DNA from: the human T2T-CHM13v2.0 reference genome, Homo sapiens | NCBI RefSeq assembly: GCF_009914755.1 | Contig: NC_060928.1 | DNA length: 64,000 nucleotides | Strand: one strand, 5' to 3' | In this document: piece after piece, positions 14,798-29,779 of the stretch | How the letters are laid out: each line of letters opens with the position of its first letter | Position numbering within the stretch: position 1 is the stretch's first letter | Made by a program: the position numbers and the translations under genes | Notes under the pieces: model-generated | What the model saw: the letters and a program-made list of their open reading frames with translations, nothing else | What the model was told of the DNA's origin: nothing | Database searches by the model: none

Positions 14798-15474
14798 AGT
14801 CATGTTTCTTCTTGGCTTGATCCTTTATCTTTAATCCTGTTCTCTTGCTACAGCTCTGAACAAGTCTGTCACTTTCTTAAGGGTTTTGTGTTTTTCAAGT
14901 GTACTGAGATATTCATTATTGACTTCTCTTTACAAGTTCTGGAGGCCAACAGCTTTTCTGATAGACATATTATAAAGTTTCCAATTCCAGACAGTCAGTT
15001 TCTGACACGAAGCAGTGCAACAGATAATCAAAGAGTGAAGGTGGTAGGGCCAATTCAGTCTAGCTCTAGTGTGTATACTCCTCAGTGATGTGTTTGCAGA
15101 AGGTTTGCCTTCTAGTGAGTATTTGCGGAGATTTTAGGTATTACTTTTTAATAGGCATTCCTTTTATATTGGGCAGAATTCATTAATTTCCAAGAGGGAC
15201 ACAGTCCCTGAAGGGTGAGTGTGTTCTTTAAAATGTCACCACCCCTCCCCCAATAAAAATGTATGACTAAGGAAAGGCCATGTGAACATAAGGGAGAAGA
15301 GGGCAAGCAAGTGCAAAGACCTTGAGGTGAGAACTTGCTTGGAACTCCACTCAAACCCCAAGGTTAAGGAGGCCAGTGGCACTGCAGAGCCGCTGTGGGG
15401 GGTAGGAGGAAAGGGTTAAGGGGAGAGAGAGAGAGAGCGCTAGCAGGAGAGGCCGTAACCATGGTGACGGAAGG

Positions 15475-15918
15475 TTTATTTGTTTGCTAGGGCTGCCAGA
15501 GCAAAGTACCACAAACTGGGTGGCTTCAAACACACATTTATCTCCTCACAATTCTAGAGGCTAGATGTCTGAAATCAAGGAATTAGCAGGCTTGGAGGAG
15601 AATCTTTTTCATGCCTCTCCCTAGCTTTTGATCAGGGCTGGCAACTCTTGGCATTCCTTGGCTTGTAGATGCATCAACCCAACATCTGCCTACGTTTTCA
15701 TGTGACATTCTCCCTGTGTGCCTCTCTCTTGGTGTCCACATTTCCTTTCCCCCTTATGAGGACACCAGTAATATTGGGTTAATGGCCTACCCTACTCCAG
15801 TATGGCTTCACGAATTCATCTGCAACCACCCTATTTCCAAATAAAGGCACACTCTGAGGTACTCAAGGTTAGGACTTTAACATATTTGAAGGGGGAAATA
15901 CATTTCAGGCCATCACAA
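15475..15918 (-). mobile_element. MLT1C-like solo LTR
   Basis: gctagggctgccagagcaaagtaccacaaactgggtggctt...ttggcattccttggcttgtagatgcatc...tttcaggccatcaca. Confidence 0.85.
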
Positions 15919-16189
15919 AGAGCAATACTTGGTTGAATTAGGGAACTAAAAAATGTATTATTTAACCATAATTTAGCAGAAATTCACAGCGGAGAAAGAT
16001 CCAGTGATCATAAAGCTGCAGCCTCTCTAAGCCTATAAGTTTAAGGATCTAGGAGTCAGAAAGATCAATGAAACTAGGAGATAAAGACCAAAGGAACGCT
16101 TGATAAGCCCACCGTGAGGCTGGGGCTCATGGTTCCAATGTGCCTGAGGGTCTGTTCTCTGTCCAGTGGGTTGGAATGCGGCCCAAAAG

Positions 16190-16446
16190 GATAGATGGTA
16201 AGAACAAGGGCTCTGAGCTGGACCACCTGGGTACAAATCCAAGTGCTCTCGTTCACGGCTGTGTGATCTTAGGCAGGTTACCTACCCTGTCTGTTTCTTT
16301 GTTTGTTTGTCTGAAAATTGGGGAAAATAATAGAATCTGTTGCAAAGGACAATCATGAGGATTAAATTTGTCAATATAGAAAAAGAGCTTAGAATGGCAC
16401 TTAACACCTAGTCACAGCCCCACGGACGTTAGTGGTTATTATTATT
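16190..16446 (+). mobile_element. MIR, near full length
   Basis: gggctctgagctggaccacctgggtacaaatcc...gctgtgtgatcttaggcagg...gaggattaaa...ttattattatt. Confidence 0.8.
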
Positions 16447-16539
16447 GGGGTAGAGCGGGGGAATAGTCCTGCTCCAATGATCCTCTCCAAGCACAAGGAT
16501 GGTTCATTCAAATGCAAATAGAAAAGAAGTTGATGAAGA

Positions 16540-16929
16540 TCCTATTTTCAGAGGCTTGGGTGGAGTTCAGGGAACCAATAAAGGATGGTGAAGCAGGAGG
16601 GTACTAGCAGGAAGCCAGAAGGGGCATGGGGAGGAAGTGGAGTTAGCTGGATCTGGTGAGAGCCTGGGGAATGAGGCGCGTTACAAGCACCATAGCTACA
16701 GCGAGAGGAAGCAGCTGCTGCCAAACCCAGGCTTAGCAGGGAGGGAGTAGGAGTCATGGAGCCTTTTTTTCCCCTGTTTTCCAACTTCCCATCCCTGCTG
16801 CTGATTTCCCAGTGTTCATTCTCCACTGACTGAACCCATCTGGAAATCAAAGGGCAGAGCAATCTAGCAGATTGCAAGTCCTAGAAGGACAGAGCGTGGA
16901 TCTGAGGGGTAAGCAGAGAATGAACAGCA
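16540..16929 (-). mobile_element. ERVL LTR (LTR33-like)
   Basis: gttcagggaaccaataaggatggtgaagca...gtggatctgaggggtaagcagagaa. Confidence 0.55.
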
Positions 16930-17039
16930 TCCCCTTCCCCCAACACTGATCTTACTGGGGAATCCAGGGCAACACCATGAAAGTGGTGTCCATTCTCTGA
17001 GCCACGTCACCTGGGAAGGGAAGGTACAGCAGACAGTGC

Positions 17040-17360
17040 TCATCCGGAGTTCTAGGTGCTTCCTACAGTCACGCTGGGGCCACACCAGTGCAAGCCAATG
17101 AACTATGAGCAGAAATGACAGGGTCACTTACCGGTCAAAGCAGTTAGAAGCCAGTGTGCCTCCTCCACCCCTTTCTTCCTCTCACACAGTCACCTTGGAG
17201 GCTACCGTTTAAAGGTAGCACAACTTCAACATGGAGGAGGAATACCCAGCTTGCATCAGACTTAACAGAAGTGGGAAGAAAACTTTGACTGGGTGAAGCC
17301 TCTGAGATGTGGGGCTGTGTCTGCTACAGCAGCATGGCCTGTCATGCCCTGACTAATGCA
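17040..17360 (+). mobile_element. Old MaLR LTR (MLT1H/I/J-like)
   Basis: gccaatgaactatgagcagaaatgac...aagcctctgagatgtggggctg...ccctgactaatgca. Confidence 0.65.
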
Positions 17361-18461
17361 AGAGAGGACCTTGGCCTGGAGATGCCCTGGGCAGTGGAGA
17401 AAATGTCCCGGCTGAGACTTGGAAATATGTTTGAAATAATGTAAAAGGAAAAAAATGTCCTCACCCACCTCCATGTCTGGAGGCAGCTGGAGGCCGACTA
17501 TACTTGTTTCCAAAGGGCCCCAGCTGTGTCATCTGAGTGAGTGGGTCTGTGGGAAGAAGCAGGTAAGGGGAATGAATGGGGAAACCAGACTGAAAACACA
17601 GCGCGGGTTGGCAGGGGGGGTGGGGTGCGGCGGAGCGGGGCTGTGCAGGAGGTCAGCCAGGGTCTGAAGCAGGGGAGGGGTGAGGAGCTGGGGAAGGAGA
17701 TGGGGGAGGAGTACTTCTCACAGTATCCCCAGGCTGGCAAAGGCTCTAATTAGAAATGATGCATTTTTTATTTTAAGGAGCTGAAGTGCTAAGGTAAGTA
17801 TTACACCCTTTGATGATCTGTTTATGTGGTGAACATCAAAGAATAAGGAGGCTTCCTTTCTGAAATTTAAATGTAAGGCTTCACCTTTCAGTGTCTTGCT
17901 GGTGTTTTAAATCCATCCCTAGCACATCACAGGGCTCACAGAGGGGCTGGAAAGAAGCAGAGGCCAGACTTGTGAACCAGGCCTGGGGCAAGTCCAAGAG
18001 GCAGCCCAGTGGTAGCCATGGGGACAGCTGGCACCAGGTAAGGGCAGAGCCTGGAGTCCAGGGGGTCCAGCAGTCAGTGACGGGACGCCTAGCCCTGGAA
18101 GCCCAACACAGACAGAGATTAGAACCTGGAGAGCCATCAGCAGGGAACCCACTGCCTCAGTCAGCCTTGGCCTGGACTTGGGGCTGAGCCTTTGGTTGAT
18201 GGAGTCACAGCACCCAGATATGGCCAGCAGGAAATGGCTGAGGTGGAAAAAGTAAGGTGAGCCAGACAGAGGCACCCAGGAGAGGAAATTCTCAACTGTG
18301 CATGGGAGCTGGACTGTTTCCTCTCCCAGGAAGATGCATGGCTGAGCGGGTGGGATTCCTGATCTCCTAATGGGGATGTTGTGAGCGCTGTCCATCACCC
18401 TACATGACCATTAGAACCTCGGTTCTCCACTGGCTGCATGTGGGGAAAATAGGAAGCTTTA

Positions 18462-19452
<991 letters not shown>

Positions 19453-19514
19453 CCCTCCCCCATGCCGACTGGCCATCACTCGGAAGCAGCCATCCTAAGG
19501 GGCACAGCTCCCAC

Positions 19515-19735
19515 TGACTGAGTGCCTGCTGTGAAGCCAGTGCTGTGCTGAGCACTTGCATGCTTTCTCTTGTCTAATAATCCTCCCAACATAACCAAAA
19601 TGGAGATACTATGATCCCCATTTTACAGAGAAAGAAACTGAGGTTTCTAGATGCTGCCCAAAGACTTACCAGCTGGTCAAACAGGGAGTCAGGGTTTTCT
19701 GACTTTTCTACCAGGTCTGACTCCAGAGCTCCAAT
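19515..19735 (-). mobile_element. MIR
   Basis: atccccattttacagagaaagaaactgagg. Confidence 0.7.
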
Positions 19736-20323
19736 AGTCCTGGCTATTCTATGAGGCAGGGACTTTATTTTTCTCTGACAATCTGGAAGTACCCTGAGCT
19801 GGTGATGGTGCAGAAAAAGGAGAGGATGGAAGAGCTGGGCTGCTGTGGGCTCCCAGGATCTCCCTTCTCCTCAAGCCCCTGCTGTCTCTAAAGAGAAGTA
19901 ACACTCTGTGAAGCTCTGGGCAGGTTGCTAAGAATGACTAAACCATTGTGCTTCTCCCTGATGGACCGCGCCTTTGAAAGTGAGCCAGCTGTGTCTTTCA
20001 TCTCAGCCAGTTTCCCTCCCAGCCTTGCTGCAACCCTGCACTATTTGGAACAGGTGTTCCGGGAGCCAAGGAACTCTGCACGCCCCTGCAGGGCTCCAGG
20101 CCCCCTTTGCCTGCTGAGTAACCTTAGCATCATAGCATCATGTCCTGAGAAGTAAAGATGAAAGGCGATGCCTTAGAGATGAAAGATGATGCCTCAGAGC
20201 ATGGGGAAGACCTGGAAAAAAATTCCTGTCAGTTTCTCCACACACTGAATGCACAGGGAGGCAGCGTAAGGGCTGGTAAGAGGGTGGTAGGAATCCACCT
20301 CCTCAAGGAACTCCTATCAGCAC

Positions 20324-20897
20324 TGTGATATTACTCGGGGTTCCCTAGAGAAACAGAACCAATAGGAGAATACATAATATATATAAACTTCTATTGAAAG
20401 ATTTATGATAAGGAATTGGCTTATGTGATTATGAAGCCTGAAAAGTCCCAGGATCTGCAGTCAGCAAGCTAGAGACCCGGGACAGCCCATGCTGTAATTC
20501 CGGTCTGAGTCTGAAGGCCTGAGAACCAGGAGGGGAATGAGGCGTGTTACAAGCACCATAGCTGCAGCGAGAGGTGTGAAGCTCGGGTGTGAAGTCCAGC
20601 ATGCTGGAGACCCAAGAAGAGCTGGTCCTTCAGGCCGAGTCCGAAAACAGGAAAAGATGAGCGCAAGCAGTCAGACAGGGGGCGTTGCCTCGTACTCAAC
20701 CTTTTTCAGGTCTATTAAGGTCTGCAACTGATGCGATGAGGCCAACCCATATCAGACAGGGCAATCTGCTTTACTCAGTCTGCTGATTCAAATCTCACCC
20801 AGAAACATACTCACAGATGCACCCAGAATAATGCTTAGCCAAATGTCTGGGCACCCCATGGCTCAGTCAAGTTGACACTTAAATTCACCGTCGCACA
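20324..20897 (-). mobile_element. MLT2-type (HERV-L) solo LTR carrying a 43-bp foreign insert
   Basis: gggttccctagagaaacagaaccaatagga...aaggaattggcttatgtgattatg...cagtcaagttgacacttaaatt. Confidence 0.85.
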
Positions 20898-20921
20898 GAT
20901 TGTAAGAGTTTTCCTGTGGGG

Positions 20922-21152
20922 CCAGTTTTCTTGATCTCAGCGCTGTTGACAATTTGGGCTAGATGATGTTTTGGTGTGGGAAGCCACTCTGTGCACAGTG
21001 GGATGTTTAGCAACATCCCTGGCCTCCACCCACTGGATGCCAGCAGCCCCCTACTCCCCAAGTGGGACAACCCCAAAAATGTCTTCAGACATTGTCCAAT
21101 GTCTCCTAGGAGGGGGGCTAGATTTTGTCCCCTGGTTGAAAGATATCCACTG
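20922..21152. mobile_element. MER20 (hAT-Charlie)
   Basis: ggatgtttagcaacatccctggcctccacccactggatgccag...aaaaatgtcttcagacattgtccaatgtc. Confidence 0.85.
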
Positions 21153-21814
21153 CTGTAGAGCTAGAGGCTGAGAACCCACTCCTTTCTCTAAGTGACATTT
21201 GTCTGCTCATTAGTGGCTCTCAGCCTGGCAAGGGGTTGCTCAGGGCAGAGGAGGATGGGTGCTTAGAAGATTGGCAGTACTTCACCAGCAAGCTACCTAA
21301 GGGAACTGGGCAATGATGTTACCACTAGATCACAGTGACAGTTCAGAGGTCTGTGTTTTGGAGGAGCTTGGTAAGAGTCAATTCTGGTGGTCTTTTAGTC
21401 ACAAGGATTTTCCTGGGGCCATGATCTATGCTACCTCCCCGTCCTTTCCTCTAGTAATGGACCCCAGACCCTGGTTACACGGGGAGATACGGGATCTAAG
21501 CTGAGCCAACCAGAGCACTTCCTGCCTCTGGCCCCTTCCCTAGGTCTTTCGCATTGGAGCTTGCAAAGAGAAGTGGCTTCTCTTCCTGGCTGAGGCAGTA
21601 TTAGAATGTGAGTGCAAAGTTTATAGGCAAATTTGTCTACTATATGAAGTAAGCTGGTCTGAGAGTGAGGAAAATGGAGAAGAGAAACAGAGTGTTTTGA
21701 TAGTGTTGGAATTCCTGCTTCCAGGAGCTCCTAAGCCATTTTCCTGTCCTGCCTTTTCTGTGGCTTTATTATATGAGACAATAAATTCCAGCTTTTGCTT
21801 AATAAGTTTTGCTA

Positions 21815-22693
21815 TTACGATTTATAATAAGATGTATTTATATAGTCTTTGTCCAGGTTTCCTGGCATGTGGCTTCTAAAATCCTTGGAATCTCCAAGGT
21901 GATAAGAGTGTCTTTTGTATGCTAATGAGATGACCGGTGGCTGGGATCCCCAGGTAGCTTCAGGATGGGGATAGGTCACGGAAAAGACCAAGGCATATTA
22001 GAAGGTTGGAACTTTCAGCCCCACCCCTCAACCTCCAGGGAGGGGAGAGAGGCTGAAGGATAAGCTGACCACCAATGTCCAATGATTCCATCAGTCATGC
22101 CTACGTAATGAAGCTTCTGTAAAAACTCAAAAGGACTGGGTTCAGGGATTCAGGGGGCTTCTGGCTAGCTGAACTCACGGAGGTTGCCGGAGGATGGTGT
22201 GCCCTGAGAGGGCATGGAAGCGCCGTGCCTCTTCCCATGTGCCTTGCCCTACGTATCTCTTCATCTGGCTGTTGGTTTGGATCCTTTAAAATACCCTGTT
22301 AATAAATGGGTAAACATAAGTAAGGTGTTTCCCTGAGTTCTATGAGCAGCTCTAACAAATTAATCAAACCAGAGGAATCATGGGCACTCTGATTTATAGC
22401 TGCTTGTTCAGACATTGCAGAGGCCTGGACTTGTGACTGGCATCTGCAGTGTGGGATATCTTGCAGGACTGAGCCCTGAGCCTGTGGTAACTGATGTTAT
22501 CCAGGTAGATAGTGTCAGAATTGAATTGAACTGAATTGAGTTAGAGGACATTCAGCTGGTGTCTGCCAGAGAATCTGCTGCAGAACTGCTTGCTGGCTTG
22601 TTGGTGGAGAAAACCCCCACACATCTGGTCACAGAAGTCTCTGTGTTGTGTTGTGAGAGTATAGTAGGAGAAAAACTATTTTTTCCCCACACA
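21815..22693 (+). mobile_element. MER21-type ERVL solo LTR
   Basis: gtgtcttttgtatgctaatgagatgaccggtggctgg...cagccccacccctcaacctccaggg...gtgtcagaattgaattgaa. Confidence 0.8.
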
Positions 22694-22759
22694 TAAGTAT
22701 ATGTTAGATTTCTTTTGCCTACATCGAGAGGCTTGAGTTATATAAGGAGGGAATGGGGA

Positions 22760-23417
22760 CAGGCCTGGGATTAGGGTGAGGCAAGCGAGGTACTCAGGGC
22801 CCTCAATTTAAGGAGACTCTGACTTTCAGGCCTGGGTAAGGGCAGGGTTGGCATCCGAGGTGAATGACTTTTAAATTTTGTGTCCTTCACTGCACACGTA
22901 TGTTTATTGCAGCATTATTCACAATAGCAAAGACTTGGAACCAACCCAAATGTCCAACAATGATAGACTGGATTAAGAAAATGTGGCACATATACACCAT
23001 GGAATACTATGCAGCCATGAAAAATGATGAGTTCATGTCCTTTGTAGGGACATGGATGAAATTGGAAATCATCATTCTCAGTAAACTATCGCAAGAACAA
23101 AAAACCAAACACCGCATATTCTCACTCATAGGTGGGAATTGAACAATGAGAACACATGGACACAGGAAGGGGAACATCACACTCTGGGGACTGTTGTGGG
23201 GTGTGGGGAGGGGGGAGGGATAGCATTGGGAGATATACCTAATGCTAGATGACGAGTTAGTGGGTGCAGCACACCAGCATGGCACATGTATACATATGTA
23301 ACTAACCTGCACATTGTGCACATGTACCCTAAAACTTAAAGTATAATAATAATAAATAAATAAATAAATAAATTTTGTGTCCTTGTCACTTGTCTTGCCT
23401 CATACTTCCTGGCCCTG
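22760..23417. mobile_element. MER96-like hAT element, split by the L1
   Basis: caggcctgggattagggtgaggcaagcgagg ... cttgcctcatacttcctggccctg (degenerate terminal inverted repeats, TIRs). Confidence 0.65.
22888..23369 (+). mobile_element. 5'-truncated young L1 (L1PA2-like): ORF2 C-terminus, 3' UTR and tail
   Basis: Encodes ...MFIAALFTIAKTWNQPKCPTMIDWIKKMW...HRIFSLIGGN*; 3' UTR has ctagatgacgagttagtggg (GAG, not the Ta-type ACA); perfect TSD aaattttgtgtcctt at 22873-22887 and 23370-23384. Confidence 0.95.
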
Positions 23418-23744
23418 GGAGGTAATCACGGCATTTGGCCACAAACGGGAGTCTTGACTTTCTGTAAAGTGCTTCGGGGAACTCAAAACTCTAATTGTCC
23501 ACTGACTCCTTTGTTTGTTCACTTGTTAAAGAAACATTGAGTACCTACTGGACGCTCAATGCCATGATAGGTGCGGGGAGGGGCAGCAGATGAGTTTCCG
23601 TCTCCAGGAGGTGGACAGCCTGCAATAACTTGAGTGATGTATCTTAGGGAAGGGGAAGTATGTTTTGCGGTGAGCATGTGCAGCAGGAAGACCTGCAAGT
23701 GGATGCTGGAGCTCAGGGCTGGAGCAGAAATACAATTTGGATTG

Positions 23745-23745
<1 letters not shown>

Positions 23746-23805
<60 letters not shown>
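23746..23805. repeat. (TG)30 microsatellite
   Basis: Perfect TG run. Confidence 0.98.
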
Positions 23806-23807
<2 letters not shown>

Positions 23808-23859
23808 GGAGACTGAAAAGAAATCCCAGACCGAGGGCCAGCACATGCTGAAACATTCT

Positions 23860-24200
23860 CCATATTCACTCAGTAGACACTGTTCAAAGCCCATCAGGAA
23901 CCAGGGGATGAGTTAGCCTCTGGGTAAAATCACCACCCTACCCTCAAGGAATTCACCCTAACAGTGAAGGAACCAGACAAGTTAGCCAACCTTGACCATG
24001 CAGAGTAAGGCATTCTATGGAAGTACAGTCAGGCACGCAATTCAACCAAAGTGGGCAAAGGAAGGCTTCCAGGAGGGCTGATATTTGCTCAAGCTGGGTC
24101 TTGAAGGATGAGTTGGCATTAGAACAAGTGAAAGAAGAGAAATCAGGGCAAGCTGAGAAGAGACCAGGCAGCAAAAGGCACCTGGCCGCGGAGGTGAAAG
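23860..24200 (-). mobile_element. L2 fragment
   Basis: cctaccctcaaggaattcac...ggaaggcttccaggagg...gctgggtcttgaaggatgagttggcatt. Confidence 0.6.
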
Positions 24201-24714
24201 AATGCGGTACGATGCTTTCAATGATGATTAGGTACCCAGGATAGCCCGTGTGATCCAATATGGCCCCGAAGTACTATACATTTACAAAGAAAAACAGTAG
24301 AAATAATAATAAGTGGAGTCACATCTATCTCATCTTTCAGGAAGTCCCACGCACCAGCTTTTCTTCCAGCACTGGAACAGATAGCTGTTTTTTTAGTTGA
24401 GCACAGGATGAAGCAGTTGGCTTGCATTTAAGGATTTGTGCTGCATGAAAAAATACGTATCTTTAAACTAGAATGAAATTCAGTGCACCAAGATTTTGCA
24501 CCATTAGAGTCTGAGAAACTAGAAGAAATTGAGATGGACCAAGGCAGCTCAGATAGCACACTCCCTCCAGGGCATTGATAATTGAGGAGAATGGCAGACA
24601 ACTGCCTACACTTTTAATTGTTTCTCTCCCTCTCTCTCTGATTACATAGATTTGAAAATTCACATATAACTCAATAGTACTATTTGCAGGGAGCAAAGCC
24701 ACTTAGGAGAATAG

Positions 24715-24900
24715 ATACTGGCACCAGAATGCCTGGGTTTGAATCACAGCTTCACTTTCTAACTGAATGCCCTTGGGCAAATTACTTCTCTTTGCCTCAA
24801 TTTCCTTATCCATAAAATAGGGATAATAATACTGTTAGGAGAAATAAATGAGTTGAAGTATTTAAAGGGCTTAAATGCTTTTTAAATAAGAGTTGTTTCA
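24715..24900 (+). mobile_element. MIR
   Basis: tgcctgggtttgaatc...ccttgggcaaattactt...gcctcaatttccttatccataaaatagggataataata. Confidence 0.75.
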
Positions 24901-25611
24901 TTGTTTTTATTGGTTATATAGACTTAGAGCACAAGTCTTACCAACATTTCAGACTGTTTCTGTGGGAAAGGCAGGAGGAAGCCTGTTTCCCACCCACAAG
25001 GGCCATTGCTGAGGGGCTGATGGGGTGTAGGGAAGATGTAGGAGACCAAGGCTGGGGTGAGGACAGTTGGGACAGGGGCAGGGAGTATGAAGCTCAGGCT
25101 GAGATCTCACCCCCACACCACCTTTGCATCAGGCCTCCTGTACAGATACCCAAGTGTGCACCGTTCTTTGGTGCTAAGGAGAGCAAAGGGAGGGCTGGAG
25201 TGGGTAGGTGAGGCCAGACGCCTAGGGACCACCAGCAACTCTCCAACTGGCCCATAGCTGGCTGGGGCAATTCTGGCCAGAAGAAAACACTGAAAGCTTT
25301 GTCGGGGCTGGCCCAAGGTAACTGATGTGAGGCAGATTTGTCTTTGATTGGCTCCCCAGCCCCCCAAATCCTCTGATGTCCTTATTTCCTTTCTGCCTGG
25401 TCTTAGCCCCACAAGCCCAGGGTCTTTGTCCCATGAACTTAGGCCCGACTGCCCCAGACATGTTCTTCCCCCTTCCTAGGCCATCATGGCCCCAGGTCAA
25501 ATCCTTCTTGTGCTCTTAGACTTCTTCAGCCCACAACTTTGCTACTCAAGGGGTGGTCTGCAACCCAGCAGCCTTTGCATCACCTGAGAGTTTGTTAGAA
25601 ATGCAGAATCC

Positions 25612-26097
<486 letters not shown>

Positions 26098-26430
26098 AAA
26101 TGCAAAATCCGATTGAATGGAATCTGCATTTTTCCAGAGTCCCCAGGTGACTCGTGTGCATGTGACAGTTTGAGGAACGCTGGCCTAAGCCTATTTGATG
26201 GCTTTCTCTTCAGACTGCCCTCCCGTGGCCCTCGTTAACCGCCTGAGAACTGACTTTATCAGCTGTACAGAGAGCATGGTCCTCCTATGATTGTTCTGAT
26301 GGGTTTTGGGATTGGACTTGACCATCTCATGTTCCGTTCTCTGGCAGCTGTTCCCTACCAGTCTTGAAAACACTCCTCTCCTTTGAATTTCCCACAGCAG
26401 CACATACAAATTTTACTAAAGGCTTGGGCT

Positions 26431-27157
<727 letters not shown>

Positions 27158-27831
27158 ATGTCTATTTTTAAAAATCAAAGTATTTTATCTGAGTTTAAAA
27201 AGTCATTAGAAGCTAAAAATTACATCAATGTGTCAGTTCATGACAGGGATACGTGCTAAGTGCGTCACTGGGCAATTTTGCCATGCGACTATCGCAGCGT
27301 ACTTACACAAGCCTAGGCTGTATAGTATAGCTTATTGCTCCTAGGCTAAAAACCTGTGCAGCATGTTACTGCACTGAATACTGTGGGCAGTTGTAATACA
27401 AAGGTATTTGTGTATCTAAACATATCTAAACAGAAGAGGTACAGTGAAAATATGGTATAAAAGATTTAAAATGGTACACTTATATAGGCACTTACCATGA
27501 ACAGTGCTTGCAGGATGGGAAGTTGCTCTGGGTGAGTGAGTGAGTGAGTGAGTGAGTGAGTGAGTAGTGAATATGAAGGCGTAGGACATTGCTTTATAAA
27601 CACGGTAGACTTTACAAACACTACACTTAGGCTACACCTAATTTATAAAACATTTTCTTCAATAATAAATTAGCTTACTATAACTTTTATACTTTATAAA
27701 CTTTTTAGTTGTTTTAACGTTTTGACTCTTGTAATAACACAGCTTAAAACACACATTGTATACCTTTCCAAAAATATTTTATTTCTTTATTATATCCTTA
27801 GTCTAGAAGCATTTTCCTATTTTTAACAATG

Positions 27832-28119
27832 TTTTCTTTTCAGAGACAAGGTCTCACTTTGTTGCCCAGGCTGGAGTGCAGTGATACAAACATAGCTCAC
27901 TGCAGCCTCAAACTCCTGGGCTCAAACGATCCTCCCACCTTAGCCTCCCACGTAGCTAGGACTACAGGTGCACACCACCATGCCTAGCTAATTTATTTTT
28001 ATTATTTTTAGATACGAGGTCTCACTATGTTGGCCAGGCTGGTCTCAAACTCCTGGCCTCAAGTAATCCTCCCACCTTGGCCTCCCAAAAGTGCTAGGAT
28101 TGAGTCACCATGCTTGGCC
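27832..28119 (-). mobile_element. AluJ
   Basis: catagctcactgcagcctcaaactcctgggctcaa J-type motif. Confidence 0.9.
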
Positions 28120-28483
28120 AACACTTTTTTTTTTTTTTTTTTTTTAACTTTGAAGACTTTTTTCTTGAAAACCAAGACACAAACACACACATTAGCCTAG
28201 GCCTACACAGGGTCAGGATCATCAATATCACTGTCTTCTCCCCCCATATCTTGTTCCACTGGAAGGCCTTTAGGGCAATAACGCACATGGAGCTGTCATC
28301 TCCTGTGATAACAATACCTTCTTCTGGATACCTCTCAAAGGACCTGCCTGAGGCTGTTTCACAGTTAACATTTTTTAATAAGTGGAAGGAGCATACACTA
28401 AAAGAGTGAGAAAACATACAGTATAGTAAATACATAAACCAGTAACATAGTCATTTATTATCATTTTCAAGTATTATGTACGG

Positions 28484-28789
28484 CAGCAGTCCCCAATCTT
28501 TTTGGCACCAGGGATTGGTTTCATGGAAGACAATTGTTCCACTGGATGGAGGGAGGAGGATGGTTTCAGAGGCATTAGATTCTCATAAGGAGTGTGCAAC
28601 CTAGATCAATCGCATGAGCAGTTCACAATAGGGTTCTCGCTCCTATGACAATCTAATGCTGCTGCTGATCTGACAGGAGGCGGAGCTTAGCTTCGCTTGT
28701 TTGCCCACCGCTCACCTCCTACTGTGTGGCCCAGTTCCCAACAGGCCACGGACTGGTACCAGTCCATGGCCTGGGGTTGAGGATCCCTG
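28484..28789. mobile_element. MER1B (hAT-Charlie)
   Basis: cagcagtccccaatctttttggcaccaggg...ggggttgaggatccctg; 8-bp TSD atgtacgg/atgtactg. Confidence 0.85.
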
Positions 28790-29779
28790 ATGTACTGTAC
28801 ATCATTCTATGAGCTTGACTTTTATACAACTGGAAGCACAGTAGTATCATCACAGCAGCATCACCACGAACACATGAGTAATGCATTGCACTACCGTACA
28901 AAGGCCATAACATCAGTAGGCAATAGAATTTTTCTGATCCTTTATGATCTTATGGAACCATCGTCATATATGTGTAAGTCATTGACCGAAATGTCATTAT
29001 ACAGCTTACGACTGTACAAAAACAAAGAACAATAATCTCTTCATCTCGATCTTTTAGGCAACCATTCTTTTAGGTTTTTCTTCTACTGTAAATACAGTGC
29101 CAATTCTTGATTCAATTTTAGACTTTATCTCTTGGCTTTCTATTTTGGTACATGAAGATTTAGCTCTTTAAAAATGCCTTATGCCCCTTTGTTAAACCTC
29201 TAAATATAGTTTTATCACAATTTATTGGTCAAACCAATATTTAATGCTTTCAATATTCAATGTATCCCTAAAATCAAGAAACTCAAGCCTTTCAGTTTGA
29301 GCAAAGTTTCTTACCTTATTTCTTTAATAATTTCCTCCTCTGCACTGGATTCATTATTTCCTCCATCTCTGGGATGAGTATTTATTCATCTCATTATATC
29401 GTATTAGTTTCACTCACTACAGAGACTTCCAGTGTCCCAGATAACATATTTACTTTTGTGCAACTCTTTAAGTTTCTGTAGTTAATAACTGCATTATTCG
29501 CTGACTTTTTTGAGCCTGTGACTAAGTTTCCTGTATCCCACTATGGCTCTGTTTAATGTCTTTTTATACAATTTTCCACTTGGTCATGTCTGCCAGATAA
29601 TTTATTGTTGTTATTTCTCACCTTTCTCCTCTCAGACAGCCTCCCATCTTCCTACTCCCTACTCAGGCCCAGTTACAGCCCTGAGATTTTTCTTCACCCT
29701 CCTTGAAGGAATTCCCTTTGCCTCTCTCCTGTGGCTCTCATTTTCTAGATCTTTCTCTTTTTGACCAAGAAAAGAATTA

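Larger units (their letters stand above)
27223..29014. mobile_element. Tigger3-type (TcMar) element with a nested AluJ and MER1B
   Basis: tattgctcctaggcta...cagcatgttactgcactgaatactgt...ggaagttgctctgggtgagt...gaccgaaatgtcattat...gactg|ta, TA flanks. Confidence 0.85.

Noticed and set aside
22864-23142. 92-aa ORF with clear protein similarity
   Set aside because: It is only the C-terminal tail of L1 ORF2p in a 5'-truncated copy. Its start codon comes from flanking DNA, so it is not a gene.
23519-23894. ORFs with poly-HT or poly-CV tracts
   Set aside because: They are translations of the (TG)30 microsatellite.
27533-27565. (GAGT)n short array
   Set aside because: It is a simple expansion of a motif native to Tigger3. 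There are no spacers, and nothing CRISPR-like appears anywhere in the window.
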